Below are positions 27,873-44,023 of a DNA stretch of 64,000 bases, piece by piece. The translations under genes were made by a program, and so were the position numbers. Position 1 is the stretch's first letter, and each line of letters opens with the position of its first letter. Location of the stretch: assembly GCF_055900595.2 (NCBI RefSeq), contig NZ_CM148325.1; one strand, given 5' to 3'. The notes below the pieces were generated by a model. The model had not been told where the DNA came from, ran no database searches, and saw only the letters and a list, made by a program, of their open reading frames with translations.

Positions 27873-28279
27873 GAGCGGTTATTCTGCTCTTTCAGCAAAT
27901 CACGAATTTCTGTCAGTAATACTTCTTCTTTAGTTGGCGCTGGCGCGGCTGCCGGTTCTTCTTTCTTACGATTCAGTTTGTTGATTAGCTTAATTGCCAT
28001 GAAGATGGCAAAGGCCACAATCAGAAAATCAAAGACGTTTTGAATGAAGACACCGTAATGCATCACAACAGCAGGGATATCCCCCTGCGCATCGCGTAGC
28101 GTGACAGCAAACTGTTTAAAATCGATCCCGCCAATTAATAAGCCCAGAGGAGGCATGATGATATCGGCAACCAGTGAAGAGACAATCTTCCCGAATGCCG
28201 CACCGATAATGACACCCACCGCCAAATCCACTACGTTCCCGCGCATCGCAAATTCGCGAAATTCTTTAATAATGCTCAT
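27869..28279 (-). CDS. mscL: Large-conductance mechanosensitive channel MscL (136 aa)
   Basis: [61 protein letters not shown]... Confidence 0.97.
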
Positions 28280-28408
28280 GTTATTCTCCCTATGAAGCCG
28301 ACAACCATAAGTCTAACAAATGTTAAGCCATTTTCCTGCCAGGAATGAATTTAATTAATCCTTGAGAATCAAAGGGAAATAATAAGGCGTCATAAGACGC
28401 CTTATTAA

Positions 28409-29785
28409 TTACAAAAAGAAAGGACTTGGCTGGAAGAGTCTTTCGACGTCGGTAATAAACTTTTTATCTGTGAGGAACATAATTACATGATCGCCTTGCT
28501 CAATACGCAGATTGTCATTGGCAATCATCACATCATTGCCGCGTACTACAGCACCAATAATCGTTCCTGGCGGTAGCTTGATTTCGTCAATGACTCTGCC
28601 GACAACGCGTGAGGTGCTTTCATCACCGTGAGCAACGGCTTCAATAGCTTCTGCTACGCCGCGGCGCAATGAGGAAACACCAACAATATCTGCTTTTCGC
28701 ACATGGCTAAGCAACGCAGAGATGGTCGCTTGTTGCGGTGAAATTGCAATATCGATCACGCTCCCCTGAACCAGATCCACATAAGCGCGACGCTGGATCA
28801 ATACCATCACCTTTTTCGCGCCCATACGTTTGGCGAGCATGGCGGACATAATATTGGCCTCGTCATCGTTGGTGACGGCAATAAACAGATCAACTTGATC
28901 GATGTGCTCTTCAGCCAGCAGTTCCTGATCCGATGCATCACCAAAAAAGACGATCGTATTCTGCAGCTTTTCCGCCAGCTCGGCAGCGCGCTGTTGATTA
29001 CGCTCGATGAGTTTGACGCTGTAATCTTTTTCCAGACGACGCGCCAGCCCTGCACCGATATTACCGCCGCCAACCAGCATGATCCGCTTATACGGTTTTT
29101 CCAGACGTTGCAATTCACTCATCACCGCGCGGATGTGTTGCGAAGCGGCAATAAAGAACACTTCATCACCAGCTTCAACAATGGTCGAACCTTGCGGACG
29201 AATAGGGCGATCGTGGCGGAAAATGGCTGCCACACGAGTATCGATATGCGGCATATGTTCGCGCATGGTCGAAAGTGCATTACCAATCAGTGGGCCGCCA
29301 TAATAGGCTTTAACCACAGCCAGGCTGACTTTACCCTCAGCGAAGTTCACTACCTGCAGCGCGCCGGGATACTCAATCAGTCGGTAAATATTATCGATAA
29401 CCAGCTGCTCTGGTGCGATCAGATGATCAATCGGTACAGCATCTGAATGAAATAGCTTATCGGCATCGCGCACGTAGTCTGGTGAGCGGATACGAGCGAT
29501 GCGATTAGGGGTGTTGAAAAGTGAGTAGGCTACCTGGCAGGCAACCATATTGGTTTCATCTGAACTGGTTACAGCAACCAGCATATCGGCGTCGTCGGCA
29601 CCTGCCTCCCGCAATACGCGTGGATGAGAGCCATGCCCCTGCACGACTCGCAGGTCAAATTTATCCTGCAAGGTCCGCAGACGCTCACCGTTGGTATCGA
29701 CAACAGTAATATCGTTGTTCTCGCCAACCAGGTTTTCCGCCAGTGTGCCGCCAACCTGGCCGGCACCCAGAATGATAATTTTCAT
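28409..29785 (-). CDS. trkA: Trk potassium uptake system NAD-binding protein TrkA (458 aa)
   Basis: [48 protein letters not shown]...; two tandem Rossmann/KTN domains. Confidence 0.97.
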   Translation of the reverse strand: MKIIILGAGQVGGTLAENLVGENNDITVVDTNGERLRTLQDKFDLRVVQGHGSHPRVLREAGADDADMLVAVTSSDETNMVACQVAYSLFNTPNRIARIRSPDYVRDADKLFHSDAVPIDHLIAPEQLVIDNIYRLIEYPGALQVVNFAEGKVSLAVVKAYYGGPLIGNALSTMREHMPHIDTRVAAIFRHDRPIRPQGSTIVEAGDEVFFIAASQHIRAVMSELQRLEKPYKRIMLVGGGNIGAGLARRLEKDYSVKLIERNQQRAAELAEKLQNTIVFFGDASDQELLAEEHIDQVDLFIAVTNDDEANIMSAMLAKRMGAKKVMVLIQRRAYVDLVQGSVIDIAISPQQATISALLSHVRKADIVGVSSLRRGVAEAIEAVAHGDESTSRVVGRVIDEIKLPPGTIIGAVVRGNDVMIANDNLRIEQGDHVIMFLTDKKFITDVERLFQPSPFFL

Positions 29786-29806
29786 CAGTCGCGACCCGTT
29801 ATCTCA

Positions 29807-31096
29807 TCACTTTTTGATTAGCTTAGCGTAAAAGAAGCCGTCGCCCTCTTCGGCACCAGGCAGATTTTGCTTACCTGGTTGTTCTGGTGTTCCGGTTTCG
29901 CAAAGCATTGCATCTTCTGTGCGTTGCAGAAAGGCTTTAATTTGTTGGCTATTCTCTTCCGGTAACACTGAACAGGTGGCATAGACCAGGGTTCCACCGG
30001 ATTTTAAATGCGGCCAGATGGCGTCGAGAATTTCAGACTGCAACTGCGCGAGTTCAGGGATATCGCGATCGCGACGTAACCATTTAATATCCGGATGGCG
30101 ACGAATCACACCGGTTGCTGAACAAGGCGCATCTAATAAAATGCGATCAAACTGTTGCTCGCCACACCATTGGGAAGGGTAGCGGCCATCACCTTGTTTC
30201 ACGGTCGCCTTCATACCAAGGCGTTTTAAATTGTCGTAAACGCGAGAGAGGCGCTGTTCGTCAATATCAACCGCAACAACCTGCGCTTCTGGTGCCACCT
30301 CAAGGATATGCGTTGTTTTACCGCCGGGGGCAGCGCAAAGATCCAGAATGTGTTCACCGTTTTGTGGCGCAAGCCAGGCCATGCAACCTTGTGCTGATGC
30401 ATCCTGAACGGTAACCCATCCTTCTTCAAAACCTGGTAGCACATGAACAGGTGCAGGTGTTTCCAGCCGTACAGCATCAGGGTAATCCGCATGCGGGAAA
30501 CCTTTCATTCCTGCTTCATCCAGCAATGCAAGCCAGCTGTCGCGGGAATGATGCGTACGATTAACGCGCAGCCACATTGGCGGACGCTGGTTATTGGCTT
30601 CAATGATGGATTGCCATTGCTCTGGATACGCTTTTTGCAGACGCTTCAGCAACCAGGAAGGATGCAGATAACGTGCATCACTGGCATTAAACTCGGCTAA
30701 TAACTCTTCTTGCTGACGCTGGAACTGGCGTAATACGCCGTTAATCAACCCTTTAAGTTGCGGACGCTTAATTGCGACAGCACCTTCAACCGTTTCAGCC
30801 AGCGCAGCATGAGGTGGAATGCGGGTATAAAGCAGTTGATACAAACCAACCATAATCAGGTAATGCACAGTGCGCTGTTTGCCGGTCATCGGACGGGCCA
30901 TTAACTTATTAATCAGCCAGTCTAACTGTGAAAGCGTACGCAGTACGCCAAAGCACAATTCTTGAAGAAGTGCTTTGTCTTTATCGGAAACTTTTTGCTG
31001 GAGCGGTGGCAGAATGTTGCTTAATGATTGCCCTTGCTCGACGACTTGTTCAACGGCCTGTGCCGCCATGCTACGTAAATTACGTTGTTTTTTCAT
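29807..31096 (-). CDS. rsmB: 16S rRNA m5C967 methyltransferase RsmB (429 aa)
   Basis: Start taken at internal ATG giving [25 protein letters not shown]...; NusB-like N-domain plus SAM-dependent MTase domain; ORF track extends 7 codons upstream. Confidence 0.95.
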   Translation of the reverse strand: MKKQRNLRSMAAQAVEQVVEQGQSLSNILPPLQQKVSDKDKALLQELCFGVLRTLSQLDWLINKLMARPMTGKQRTVHYLIMVGLYQLLYTRIPPHAALAETVEGAVAIKRPQLKGLINGVLRQFQRQQEELLAEFNASDARYLHPSWLLKRLQKAYPEQWQSIIEANNQRPPMWLRVNRTHHSRDSWLALLDEAGMKGFPHADYPDAVRLETPAPVHVLPGFEEGWVTVQDASAQGCMAWLAPQNGEHILDLCAAPGGKTTHILEVAPEAQVVAVDIDEQRLSRVYDNLKRLGMKATVKQGDGRYPSQWCGEQQFDRILLDAPCSATGVIRRHPDIKWLRRDRDIPELAQLQSEILDAIWPHLKSGGTLVYATCSVLPEENSQQIKAFLQRTEDAMLCETGTPEQPGKQNLPGAEEGDGFFYAKLIKK

Positions 31097-31141
31097 AAGT
31101 ATAAAAATGCCCGGCAAGACCGGGCTTAGAAGAGTGGACTA

Positions 31142-32089
31142 TCAGACCAGACGGTTGCCCGGAACAAACCATTCCCGACGAGAATTCAGGAGGTCTTGCG
31201 CGCTCATCGCTTTCTTACCCGCAGGTTGTAACGAGAGCAGGTTCAGGATGCCACCACCCGTCGCAACCTGAATGCCTTGTTTATTGGCTTCAAGGATCGT
31301 TCCTGGTGCAGCGTTGGTTGCCGTATCAATGACCGACGCTTTCCAGACTTTAACCGGCTGTCCTTCAATTTCCAGCCAGCTCATTGGCCATGGATTGAAA
31401 GCGCGAATGCAGCGTTCAAGCTGCGCTGCCGAAAGCGACCAGTCAATACGCGCTTCTTCTTTACTCAACTTTTCGGCGTAAGTGACAAGAGTTTCGTCCT
31501 GAACTTCTGGTTTCGCCGTGCCGTCTGCCAGTTGTTTCAATGTGGTGATAAGCCCTTGTGGGCCAAGCTCTGCCAGCTTGTCGTACAGCGTACCACTGGT
31601 ATCTTCTGCAGTAATCGGGCAGGAGAGCTTATAGAGCATGTCACCGGTGTCTAAACCAACATCCATTTGCATAATGGTCACACCAGTTTCTGCATCACCC
31701 GCCCATAGTGAGCGTTGGATTGGTGCAGCACCGCGCCAGCGTGGCAGCAGTGAACCATGAACGTTGATACAGCCAAGACGCGGCATCTCCAGCACAGCTT
31801 TCGGCAGAATTAAACCATAGGCGACGACGACCATAACATCAGCCTGCAGGTCGGCGACCAGTTGCTGGTTTTCTTGTGGACGCAGGGAAACAGGTTGAAA
31901 AACGGGCAGACCTTTTTCCTCAGCCAGAACTTTAACCGGGCTGGGCATCAGTTTTTTACCGCGTCCTGCCGGTCGGTCTGGCTGGGTGAACACGCCAACG
32001 ACGTTATGACCAGAAGACAACAGCGCGTCGAGATGACGCGCTGCAAAGTCAGGTGTACCCGCAAAAATAATACGTAGTGATTCTGACAC
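31142..32089 (-). CDS. fmt: Methionyl-tRNA formyltransferase (315 aa)
   Basis: [66 protein letters not shown]... Confidence 0.97.
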   Translation of the reverse strand: MSESLRIIFAGTPDFAARHLDALLSSGHNVVGVFTQPDRPAGRGKKLMPSPVKVLAEEKGLPVFQPVSLRPQENQQLVADLQADVMVVVAYGLILPKAVLEMPRLGCINVHGSLLPRWRGAAPIQRSLWAGDAETGVTIMQMDVGLDTGDMLYKLSCPITAEDTSGTLYDKLAELGPQGLITTLKQLADGTAKPEVQDETLVTYAEKLSKEEARIDWSLSAAQLERCIRAFNPWPMSWLEIEGQPVKVWKASVIDTATNAAPGTILEANKQGIQVATGGGILNLLSLQPAGKKAMSAQDLLNSRREWFVPGNRLV

Positions 32090-32103
32090 GTTAATTCTTA
32101 TCC

Positions 32104-32613
32104 TTAAGCCCGGGCTTTCAGACGATCCAGTTTTTCAACTTTCTGACGAATACGTTGTTGTTTCAGCGGTGACAGATAATCCATAAACAGTTTGCCGACC
32201 AGGTGATCCATCTCATGCTGAATACAGATGGCTAACAGACCGTCTGCTTCCAGTTCAAATGGTTTACCGTCGCGGTCCAGGGCGCGAATTTTAACTTTCT
32301 CTGCGCGTGGCACTAAAGCACGTTGTTCAGGGATCGACAGGCAACCTTCTTCAATGCCTGTTTCGCCGCTTTTTTCTAAAAGCTCCGGATTGATTAACAC
32401 CAGCCGTTCGTCACGGTTTTCCGAAACATCAATAACAATGATACGTTGATGGATATCAACTTGGGTTGCCGCCAGGCCAATACCTTCTTCTGCGTACATC
32501 GTCTCGAACATATCATCGACGATACGCTGAATTTCTGCATTCACTTCTTCTACCGGTTTAGCAACTTTGCGAAGCCGCTCGTCCGGAATATGTAACACTT
32601 GCAAAACTGACAT
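32104..32613 (-). CDS. def: Peptide deformylase (169 aa)
   Basis: [64 protein letters not shown]... with HEMDH metal-binding motif. Confidence 0.97.
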
Positions 32614-32742
32614 AAATCTCCAGAGATGTGTTCAGGAGTTAGAAAGATTATTTCTTCTATTCTAGACAAATCCCCCTCTGATTGACAGCATCACTGACCA
32701 ATCGCAAAGATTGCTAAGACTGCTTATGGCAGGGAGATAAGG

Positions 32743-33867
32743 ATGGTCGATACAGAAATTTGGCTGCGTTTAATGAGCGTCAGCAGCTTGTACGGCGATG
32801 ATATGGTCCGTATAGCTCACTGGCTGGCAAAACAGTCGCATATTGATGCGGTTGTATTGCAGCAAACAGGGCTTACATTGCGGCAGGCACAACGCTTTCT
32901 TTCATTTCCGCCAAAGAGTATTGAGAGCTCACTTTGTTGGTTGAATCAACCAAACCATCATTTAATCTCAGCGGATAGTGAATTTTATCCTTCCCAACTT
33001 CTGGCGACAGCAGATTACCCCGGTGCGCTGTTTGTTGCTGGAGAACTGCGCGCATTGCATTCATTTCAGCTTGCTGTAGTGGGGAGTCGGGCGCATTCAT
33101 GGTATGGCGAACGCTGGGGACGATTATTTTGCGAAACTCTGGCGACGCGTGGAGTGACAATTACGAGTGGACTGGCGCGAGGAATCGATGGTGTGGCGCA
33201 TAAAGCGGCCTTGCAGGTGAATGGCGTCAGCATTGCTGTATTGGGGAATGGACTTAATACCATTCATCCCCGCCGCCATGCCCGGCTGGCTACCAGTCTG
33301 CTTGAACATGGCGGAGCTCTCGTCTCGGAATTTCCCCTCGATGTTCCACCTCTTGCTTACAATTTCCCGCGAAGAAATCGCATTATCAGTGGTCTAAGTA
33401 AAGGTGTACTTGTGGTGGAAGCTGCTTTGCGCAGTGGTTCGCTGGTGACAGCGCGTTGTGCGCTTGAACAGGGGCGAGAAGTTTTTGCCTTGCCAGGTCC
33501 AATAGGGAATCCGGGAAGCGAAGGGCCTCACTGGTTAATAAAACAAGGTGCGATTCTTGTGACGGAACCGGAAGAAATTCTGGAAAACTTGCAATTTGGA
33601 TTGCACTGGTTGCCAGACGCGCCTGAAAATTCATTTTATTCACCAGATCAGGAAGACGTGGCATTGCCATTTCCTGAGCTCCTGGCTAACGTAGGAGATG
33701 AGGTAACACCTGTTGACGTCGTCGCTGAACGTGCCGGCCAACCTGTGCCAGAGGTAGTTACTCAACTACTCGAACTGGAGTTAGCAGGATGGATCGCAGC
33801 TGTACCCGGCGGCTATGTCCGATTGAGGAGGGCATGCCATGTTCGACGTACTAATGTATTTGTTTGA
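32743..33867 (+). CDS. dprA: DNA-processing protein DprA/Smf (374 aa)
   Basis: Divergent from def; Rossmann-like DprA domain ([17 protein letters not shown]...[11 protein letters not shown]). Confidence 0.93.
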
Positions 33868-34312
33868 AACCTATATTCACACAGAAGCTGAGTTGCGTGT
33901 GGATCAAGACAAACTTGAACAGGATCTTACCGACGCAGGATTTGATCGAGAAGATATCTACAATGCCCTGCTTTGGCTGGAAAAGCTTGCGGATTATCAG
34001 GAAGGACTGGCAGAACCGATGCAACTGGCCTCTGATCCACTCTCCATGCGTATTTATACCCCTGAAGAGTGTGAAAGACTGGATGCCAGCTGTCGTGGTT
34101 TTCTGCTTTTCCTTGAGCAAATTCAGGTGCTTAACCTTGAAACCCGTGAAATGGTGATAGAGCGAGTGCTCGCGCTGGATACCGCTGAGTTCGACCTGGA
34201 AGACCTGAAATGGGTAATCCTGATGGTGTTGTTCAATATTCCGGGCTGCGAAAATGCGTACCAGCAAATGGAAGAATTACTCTTTGAAGTGAATGAAGGT
34301 ATGCTGCATTAA
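33839..34312 (+). CDS. smg: Protein Smg (157 aa)
   Basis: [50 protein letters not shown]...; overlaps dprA 3' end. Confidence 0.93.
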
Positions 34313-34340
34313 TCATTTCTTTAATTCAGCATAAGTTGTT

Positions 34341-34883
34341 ATGGCGAAATCAGCACTGTTCACGGTGCGTAATAATGAGTCCTGCCCAAAGTGCGGGGCT
34401 GAACTGGTTATTCGATCCGGGAAACACGGTCCGTTTCTTGGATGCTCACAGTATCCGGCGTGTGACTACGTCCGTCCTCTGAAATCTTCAGCGGATGGAC
34501 ATATCGTCAAAGTTCTGGAGGGGCAGATTTGCCCTGCATGCGGCGCAAATCTGGTCTTACGCCAGGGGCGCTTTGGTATGTTTGTTGGTTGCAGTAACTA
34601 TCCTGAATGCGATCATACCGAACTTATCGATAAACCGGACGAAACAGCAATTACCTGTCCTCAATGTCGGACGGGCCATCTGGTCCAGCGCCGCTCCCGT
34701 TATGGCAAAACATTTCATTCCTGTGATCGCTACCCGGAGTGTCAATTTGCCATTAACTTCAAACCTATAGCCGGAGAATGCCCTGAGTGTCATTATCCGC
34801 TACTCATCGAAAAGAAAACCGCGCAGGGTGTAAAACACTTTTGTGCCAGTAAACAATGTGGAAAGCCGGTTTCGGCGGAATAA
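34341..34883 (+). CDS. yrdD: Topoisomerase-type zinc-ribbon protein YrdD (180 aa)
   Basis: Repeated CPxCG...C zinc-ribbon modules ([31 protein letters not shown]) resembling the TopA C-terminal domain. Confidence 0.9.
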   Translation: MAKSALFTVRNNESCPKCGAELVIRSGKHGPFLGCSQYPACDYVRPLKSSADGHIVKVLEGQICPACGANLVLRQGRFGMFVGCSNYPECDHTELIDKPDETAITCPQCRTGHLVQRRSRYGKTFHSCDRYPECQFAINFKPIAGECPECHYPLLIEKKTAQGVKHFCASKQCGKPVSAE

Positions 34884-34887
34884 TAAC

Positions 34888-35460
34888 GTGAATAATAACC
34901 TGCAAGGAGACGCTATCGCAGCTGCGATAGATGTCCTCAATGAAGAACGTGTCATCGCCTATCCCACGGAAGCCGTTTTCGGTGTCGGGTGCGATCCTGA
35001 TAGCGAAACAGCAGTGATGAGACTGTTGGAACTAAAACAGCGTCCGGTTGATAAGGGGCTGATTTTAATCGCGGCAAATTACGAGCAGCTTAAACCCTAT
35101 ATTGATGACTGCATGCTGACTGATGCGCAGCGTGAAACCATTTTTTCTCGCTGGCCAGGTCCCGTCACCTTTGTCTTTCCCGCGCCTGCGACAACACCGC
35201 GCTGGTTGACAGGCCGCTTTGATTCGCTTGCTGTACGAGTCACCGACCATCCGTTGGTGGTTGCTTTGTGCCAGGCTTATGGTAAACCGCTGGTTTCTAC
35301 CAGTGCCAACTTGAGTGGATTGCCGCCTTGTCGAACAGTAGACGAAGTTCGCGCACAATTTGGCGCAGCGTTTCCGGTTGTGCCTGGTGAAACGGGAGGG
35401 CGTTTAAATCCTTCAGAAATCCGCGATGCCCTGACGGGTGAACTGTTTCGACAGGGGTAA
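34888..35460 (+). CDS. tsaC: tRNA threonylcarbamoyladenosine biosynthesis protein TsaC/YrdC (190 aa)
   Basis: GTG start at 34888 giving (M)[39 protein letters not shown]...; ORF track extends upstream in frame. Confidence 0.9.
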   Translation: MNNNLQGDAIAAAIDVLNEERVIAYPTEAVFGVGCDPDSETAVMRLLELKQRPVDKGLILIAANYEQLKPYIDDCMLTDAQRETIFSRWPGPVTFVFPAPATTPRWLTGRFDSLAVRVTDHPLVVALCQAYGKPLVSTSANLSGLPPCRTVDEVRAQFGAAFPVVPGETGGRLNPSEIRDALTGELFRQG

Positions 35461-35464
35461 CATA

Positions 35465-36283
35465 ATGGAAAACTATGCTGTTTTTGGTAATCCAATAGCC
35501 CACAGCAAATCGCCATTCATTCATCAGCAATTTGCTCAGCAATTGAATATTGAACATCCCTATGGGCGCGTGCTGGCACCTATCAATGATTTCATTAACA
35601 CACTGAACGCTTTCTTTAGTGCTGGTGGTAAAGGAGCGAATGTGACGGTGCCTTTTAAAGAAGAGGCCTTTGCCAGAGCTGATGAACTTACTGAACGGGC
35701 AGCGTTGGCTGGTGCTGTTAATACCCTCAAGCGGTTAGAAGATGGACGCCTGCTGGGTGACAATACCGATGGCGTAGGCTTGTTAAGCGATCTGGAACGT
35801 CTGTCTTTTATCCGCCCAGGTTTACGTATTCTACTCATCGGCGCTGGTGGGGCGTCTCGTGGTGTATTACTTCCACTCCTTTCTCTGGACTGCGCGGTGA
35901 CAATCACTAATCGGACGGTATCCCGCGCGGAAGAGTTGGCTAAATTGTTTGCGCACACGGGCAGTATTCAGGCGTTGGGTATGGACGAACTGGAGGGGCA
36001 TGAGTTCGATCTCATTATTAATGCAACATCCAGTGGCATCAGTGGTGATATTCCCGCGATCCCGGCATCGCTCATTCATTCAGGCATGTGTTGCTATGAC
36101 ATGTTCTATCAGAAAGGAAAAACACCTTTTCTGGCATGGTGTGAGCTGCGAGGTTCAAAGCGTAATGCGGATGGATTGGGGATGCTGGTGGCACAGGCGG
36201 CTCATGCCTTTCTTCTCTGGCACGGTGTTCTGCCTGACATAGAACCAGTTATAAAGCAATTGCAGGAGGAGTTGTCCGCGTGA
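35465..36283 (+). CDS. aroE: Shikimate dehydrogenase AroE (272 aa)
   Basis: ATG at 35465 giving [39 protein letters not shown]... Confidence 0.95.
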   Translation: MENYAVFGNPIAHSKSPFIHQQFAQQLNIEHPYGRVLAPINDFINTLNAFFSAGGKGANVTVPFKEEAFARADELTERAALAGAVNTLKRLEDGRLLGDNTDGVGLLSDLERLSFIRPGLRILLIGAGGASRGVLLPLLSLDCAVTITNRTVSRAEELAKLFAHTGSIQALGMDELEGHEFDLIINATSSGISGDIPAIPASLIHSGMCCYDMFYQKGKTPFLAWCELRGSKRNADGLGMLVAQAAHAFLLWHGVLPDIEPVIKQLQEELSA

Positions 36284-36537
36284 ATCAGGCCATCCAGTTT
36301 CCGGACAGGGAAGAGTGGAACGAGAGTAAAAAATGCGTTTGTTTTCCCGCTCTTGTAAATGGTATGCAGCTCACTTGCGCTATTACTGGAGAGAGTCTGG
36401 CGAACCGCTTTGCAGGAGATACGCCAGAACAGTGGTTAGCGAGTTTTCGTCAGCATCGCTGGGACCTGGAAGAAGAAGCAGAAAGCTTGATTCAGGATCA
36501 AAGCGAAGATGATCAAGGTTGGGTTTGGTTACCCTGA
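36280..36537 (+). CDS. yrdB: Protein YrdB (85 aa, DUF1488)
   Basis: [40 protein letters not shown]...; ATGA-type overlap with aroE. Confidence 0.9.
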   Translation: MNQAIQFPDREEWNESKKCVCFPALVNGMQLTCAITGESLANRFAGDTPEQWLASFRQHRWDLEEEAESLIQDQSEDDQGWVWLP

Positions 36538-37067
36538 TCCAGATACTCGTCCTTCCATTTCACGTAGTTATTCGCGGAATAGCGTAACCCGGCCTTCTCT
36601 TCATCACTTAACGGGCGGATCTGTTTGACGGGGCTACCGAGATACAGATATCCGCTCTCCAGCCGTTTATTTTGTGGGACCAGGCTACCCGCACCAATCA
36701 TCACATCATCTTCTACTATTGCACCATCAAGTAAAATTGATGCCATCCCAACCAACACTCGATTGCCAATGGTACAGCCGTGGAGCATCACCTTATGACC
36801 AACAGTGACATCTTCGCCAATGGTTAATGGGTTGCCATCTGGGTTGTATGAGGACTTATGGGTGACATGCAACATACTGCCATCCTGGATATTGGTGCGT
36901 GCTCCAATCTGTACATAATGTACATCACCACGAATCACAACGAGTGGCCAGATCCCCACATCATCAGCCAAACGAACGTCACCGATCACTACACTACTAT
37001 CGTCGATCATTACGCGCTGACCGATTTGTGGAAAAAGATCGCGGTATGGGCGTAAAACATCAGACAT
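36513..37067 (-). CDS. yrdA: Gamma-carbonic-anhydrase-like hexapeptide-repeat protein YrdA (184 aa)
   Basis: MSDVLRPYRDLFPQIGQRVMIDDSSVVIGDVRLADDVGIWPLVVIRGDVHYVQIG...; left-handed beta-helix repeats. Confidence 0.93.
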   Translation of the reverse strand: MSDVLRPYRDLFPQIGQRVMIDDSSVVIGDVRLADDVGIWPLVVIRGDVHYVQIGARTNIQDGSMLHVTHKSSYNPDGNPLTIGEDVTVGHKVMLHGCTIGNRVLVGMASILLDGAIVEDDVMIGAGSLVPQNKRLESGYLYLGSPVKQIRPLSDEEKAGLRYSANNYVKWKDEYLDQGNQTQP

Positions 37068-37219
37068 ACTCACCTCAACAATAAATGATTTCCTAATGAC
37101 TTTGGGTGCATTATTGGCCTAGTGCAAGTCTTTTAGTATGCAAAAAAGCACCGTTTTGTGTGCGAATGCAGCAAAAAGGGTGAAAAAACAACAAACAGAA
37201 AAAAAGATCAAAAAAGTAC

Positions 37220-37248
37220 TTGTGCAAAAAATTGGGATCCCTATAATG
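37220..37248 (+). promoter_or_regulatory. rrn P1 promoter (-35 TTGTGC 37220..37225, -10 TATAAT 37243..37248) with A/T-rich UP/Fis region upstream (about 37100..37219)
   Basis: Canonical rrn P1 architecture: consensus -10, 17-bp spacer, A-tract-rich upstream element. Confidence 0.7.
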
Positions 37249-37327
37249 CGCCTCCGTTGAGACGACAACGTGAAACACTTCACAAGATGGTCGTAACAAC
37301 AAAGAGAAAAAATCCTGAAATTCAGGG

Positions 37328-37355
37328 TTGACTCTGAAAGAGGAAAGCGTAATAT
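37328..37355 (+). promoter_or_regulatory. rrn P2 promoter (-35 TTGACT 37328..37333, -10 TAATAT 37350..37355)
   Basis: Second promoter about 110 bp downstream of P1, as in E. coli rrn operons. Confidence 0.65.
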
Positions 37356-37396
37356 ACGCCACCTCGCGACAGTGAGCTGAAAGCCGCGTCGCAACT

Positions 37397-37408
37397 GCTC
37401 TTTAACAA
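37397..37408 (+). promoter_or_regulatory. rrn leader boxA antitermination element (GCTCTTTAACAA)
   Basis: Exact boxA consensus in the 16S leader. Confidence 0.8.
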
Positions 37409-37539
37409 TTTATCAGACAATCTGTGTGGGCACTCGAAGATACGGATTCTTAACGTCGCAAGACGAAAAATGAATACCAAGTCTCAAGAGTGAACACGTA
37501 ATTCATTACGAAGTTTAATTCTTTGAGCATCAAACTTTT

Positions 37540-39081
<1,542 letters not shown>

Positions 39082-39149
39082 CCTGAAAGAACTGTGCTTT
39101 GCAGTGCTCACACAGATTGTCTGATGAAAATGAGCAGTAAAACCTCTAC

Positions 39150-39226
<77 letters not shown>

Positions 39227-39268
39227 AATTTGCACCGCAAATTTGAAGAGGTTTTAACTACATGTTAT

Positions 39269-39344
39269 GGGGCTATAGCTCAGCTGGGAGAGCGCCTGCT
39301 TTGCACGCAGGAGGTCTGCGGTTCGATCCCGCATAGCTCCACCA
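39269..39344 (+). tRNA. alaU: tRNA-Ala (anticodon TGC), 16S-23S spacer
   Basis: GGGGCTATAGCTCAGCTGGGAGAGCGCCTGCTTTGCACGCAGGAGGTCTGCGGTTCGATCCCGCATAGCTCCACCA; 76 nt. Confidence 0.95.
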
Positions 39345-39527
39345 TCTCTGTAGTGATTAAATAAAAAATACTTCAGAGTGTACCTGCAAAGGTTCACTGC
39401 GAAGTTTTGCTCTTTAAAAATCTGGATCAAGCTGAAAATTGAAACACTGAACAACGAAAGTTGTTCGTGAGTCTCTCAAATTTTCGCAACACGATGATGA
39501 ATCTCAAGAAACATCTTCGGGTTGTGA

Positions 39528-42432
<2,905 letters not shown>

Positions 42433-42525
42433 ACAACGCCGAAGGTGTTTTGGCGGATTGAGAGAAGATTTTCAGCCTGATACAGATTAAATCAGAACGC
42501 AGATGCGGTCTGATGAAACAGAATT

Positions 42526-42645
42526 TGCCTGGCGGCCTTAGCGCGGTGGTCCCACCTGACCCCATGCCGAACTCAGAAGTGAAACGCCGTAGCGCCGATG
42601 GTAGTGTGGGGTCTCCCCATGCGAGAGTAGGGAACTGCCAGGCAT
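42526..42645 (+). rRNA. rrfD: 5S ribosomal RNA (120 nt)
   Basis: TGCCTGGCGGCCTTAGCGCGGTGGTCCCACCTGACCCCATGCCGAACTCAG...GGGAACTGCCAGGCAT. Confidence 0.96.
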
Positions 42646-42796
42646 CAAATTACGAAGAATGGCACTGACCTTTGAGGCAGTTCACTACTCGATAAGAGAG
42701 TAGGACAAAAGCGAAAGCTTTTGAACGTTGCGAAGCAACGGCCCGAAGGGTGAATCGCGAAGTGATTCATAAACTGCCAGGCATCAAATTAAGCGT

Positions 42797-42872
42797 GCTG
42801 ATATGGCTCAGTTGGTAGAGCGCACCCTTGGTAAGGGTGAGGTCCCCAGTTCGACTCTGGGTATCAGCACCA
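42797..42872 (+). tRNA. thrV: tRNA-Thr (anticodon GGT), distal to first 5S
   Basis: GCTGATATGGCTCAGTTGGTAGAGCGCACCCTTGGTAAGGGTGAGGTCCCCAGTTCGACTCTGGGTATCAGCACCA; 76 nt. Confidence 0.95.
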
Positions 42873-42909
42873 CTTTTTAGGTTAAAGTTCGGCAGATTAG
42901 AAAAGAATT

Positions 42910-43029
42910 TGTCTGGCGGCAGTAGCGCGGTGGTCCCACCTGACCCCATGCCGAACTCAGAAGTGAAACGCCGTAGCGCCGATGGTAGTGTGGGGTCTCC
43001 CCATGCGAGAGTAGGGAACTGCCAGACAT
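42910..43029 (+). rRNA. rrfF: Second 5S ribosomal RNA (120 nt)
   Basis: TGTCTGGCGGCAGTAGCGCGGTGGTCCCACCTGACCCCATGCCGAACTCAG...GGGAACTGCCAGACAT; variant of first 5S. Confidence 0.95.
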
Positions 43030-43035
43030 CAAATA

Positions 43036-43076
43036 AAACAAAAGGCTCAGTCGGAAGACTGGGCCTTTTGTTTTAT
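43036..43076 (+). terminator. rrn T1-type rho-independent terminator
   Basis: Long hairpin aaaaggctcagtcggaagactgggcctttt followed by T-rich tract; near-identical to the classical rrnB T1. Confidence 0.85.
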
Positions 43077-43208
43077 CTGTTGTTTGTCGGTGAACACTCT
43101 CCCGAGTAGGACAAATCCGCCGGGAGCGGATTTGAACGTTGCGAAGCAACGGCCCGGAGGGTGGCGGGCAGGACGCCCGCCATAAACTGCCAGACATCAA
43201 ATCAAGCG

Positions 43209-43240
43209 AAAGGCCATCCGAAAGGATGGCCTTTTTGCTT
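43209..43240. terminator. rrn T2-type terminator, also positioned to terminate convergent yhdZ
   Basis: Hairpin aggccatcc-gaaa-ggatggcct flanked by A run upstream and T run downstream; lies between rrfF and the yhdZ stop. Confidence 0.8.
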
Positions 43241-43257
43241 TTCGAACTTACATTCAA

Positions 43258-44016
43258 TTAATGGATCACCTGCGATAAAAATGCCCTCGTACGCTCTGAT
43301 TTAGGATGCGCAAAAAACTCATCCGGTGCAGCTTGTTCCACTATCTCCCCACGATCCATAAAAATCACCCGATCAGCGACGGTTCGCGCAAACCCCATCT
43401 CGTGCGTTACGCACAACATTGTCATACCTGACTGCGCCAGCCCAATCATTGTATCCAGCACTTCTTTCACCATCTCCGGATCGAGCGCAGACGTAGGTTC
43501 GTCAAACAGCATGATCTTTGGTTTCATACAAAGTGAACGTGCTATGGCAACACGTTGCTGCTGACCACCAGAAATCTGTCCCGGAAACTTCTGGGCATGT
43601 TCGGCAATTCTCACCCGCTCAAGGTAATGTATCGCCAGAGCTTCAGCCTCTTTCTTAGGCATCTTGCGTACCCAAATCGGTGCCAGGGTACAGTTCTGTA
43701 GAACGGTCAGATGAGGGAAGAGATTGAAATGCTGAAAGACCATTCCCACTTCCTGCCTGACGCGCTCAATATTGCGGATATCTTCATTAAGTTCGATGCC
43801 ATCCACCACGATCCGTCCCTGTTGATGTTCTTCCAGATGATTAATACAACGAATGGTTGTCGATTTACCGGAACCAGAAGGGCCACACAGAACGATCCGT
43901 TCTCCCGGTTGCACGGTTAAATTTATATTTTTCAAAACATGGAATTGCCCATACCATTTATTGACGTTTTCCAGCGTAATCATCGCGTTAGCAGGTTGCA
44001 GTAAAATTTGGCTCAT
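43258..44016 (-). CDS. yhdZ: Polar amino-acid ABC transporter ATP-binding protein YhdZ (252 aa)
   Basis: Walker [13 protein letters not shown] signature [15 protein letters not shown], Walker [11 protein letters not shown]. Confidence 0.95.
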   Translation of the reverse strand: MSQILLQPANAMITLENVNKWYGQFHVLKNINLTVQPGERIVLCGPSGSGKSTTIRCINHLEEHQQGRIVVDGIELNEDIRNIERVRQEVGMVFQHFNLFPHLTVLQNCTLAPIWVRKMPKKEAEALAIHYLERVRIAEHAQKFPGQISGGQQQRVAIARSLCMKPKIMLFDEPTSALDPEMVKEVLDTMIGLAQSGMTMLCVTHEMGFARTVADRVIFMDRGEIVEQAAPDEFFAHPKSERTRAFLSQVIH

Positions 44017-44023
44017 AGTGTCC

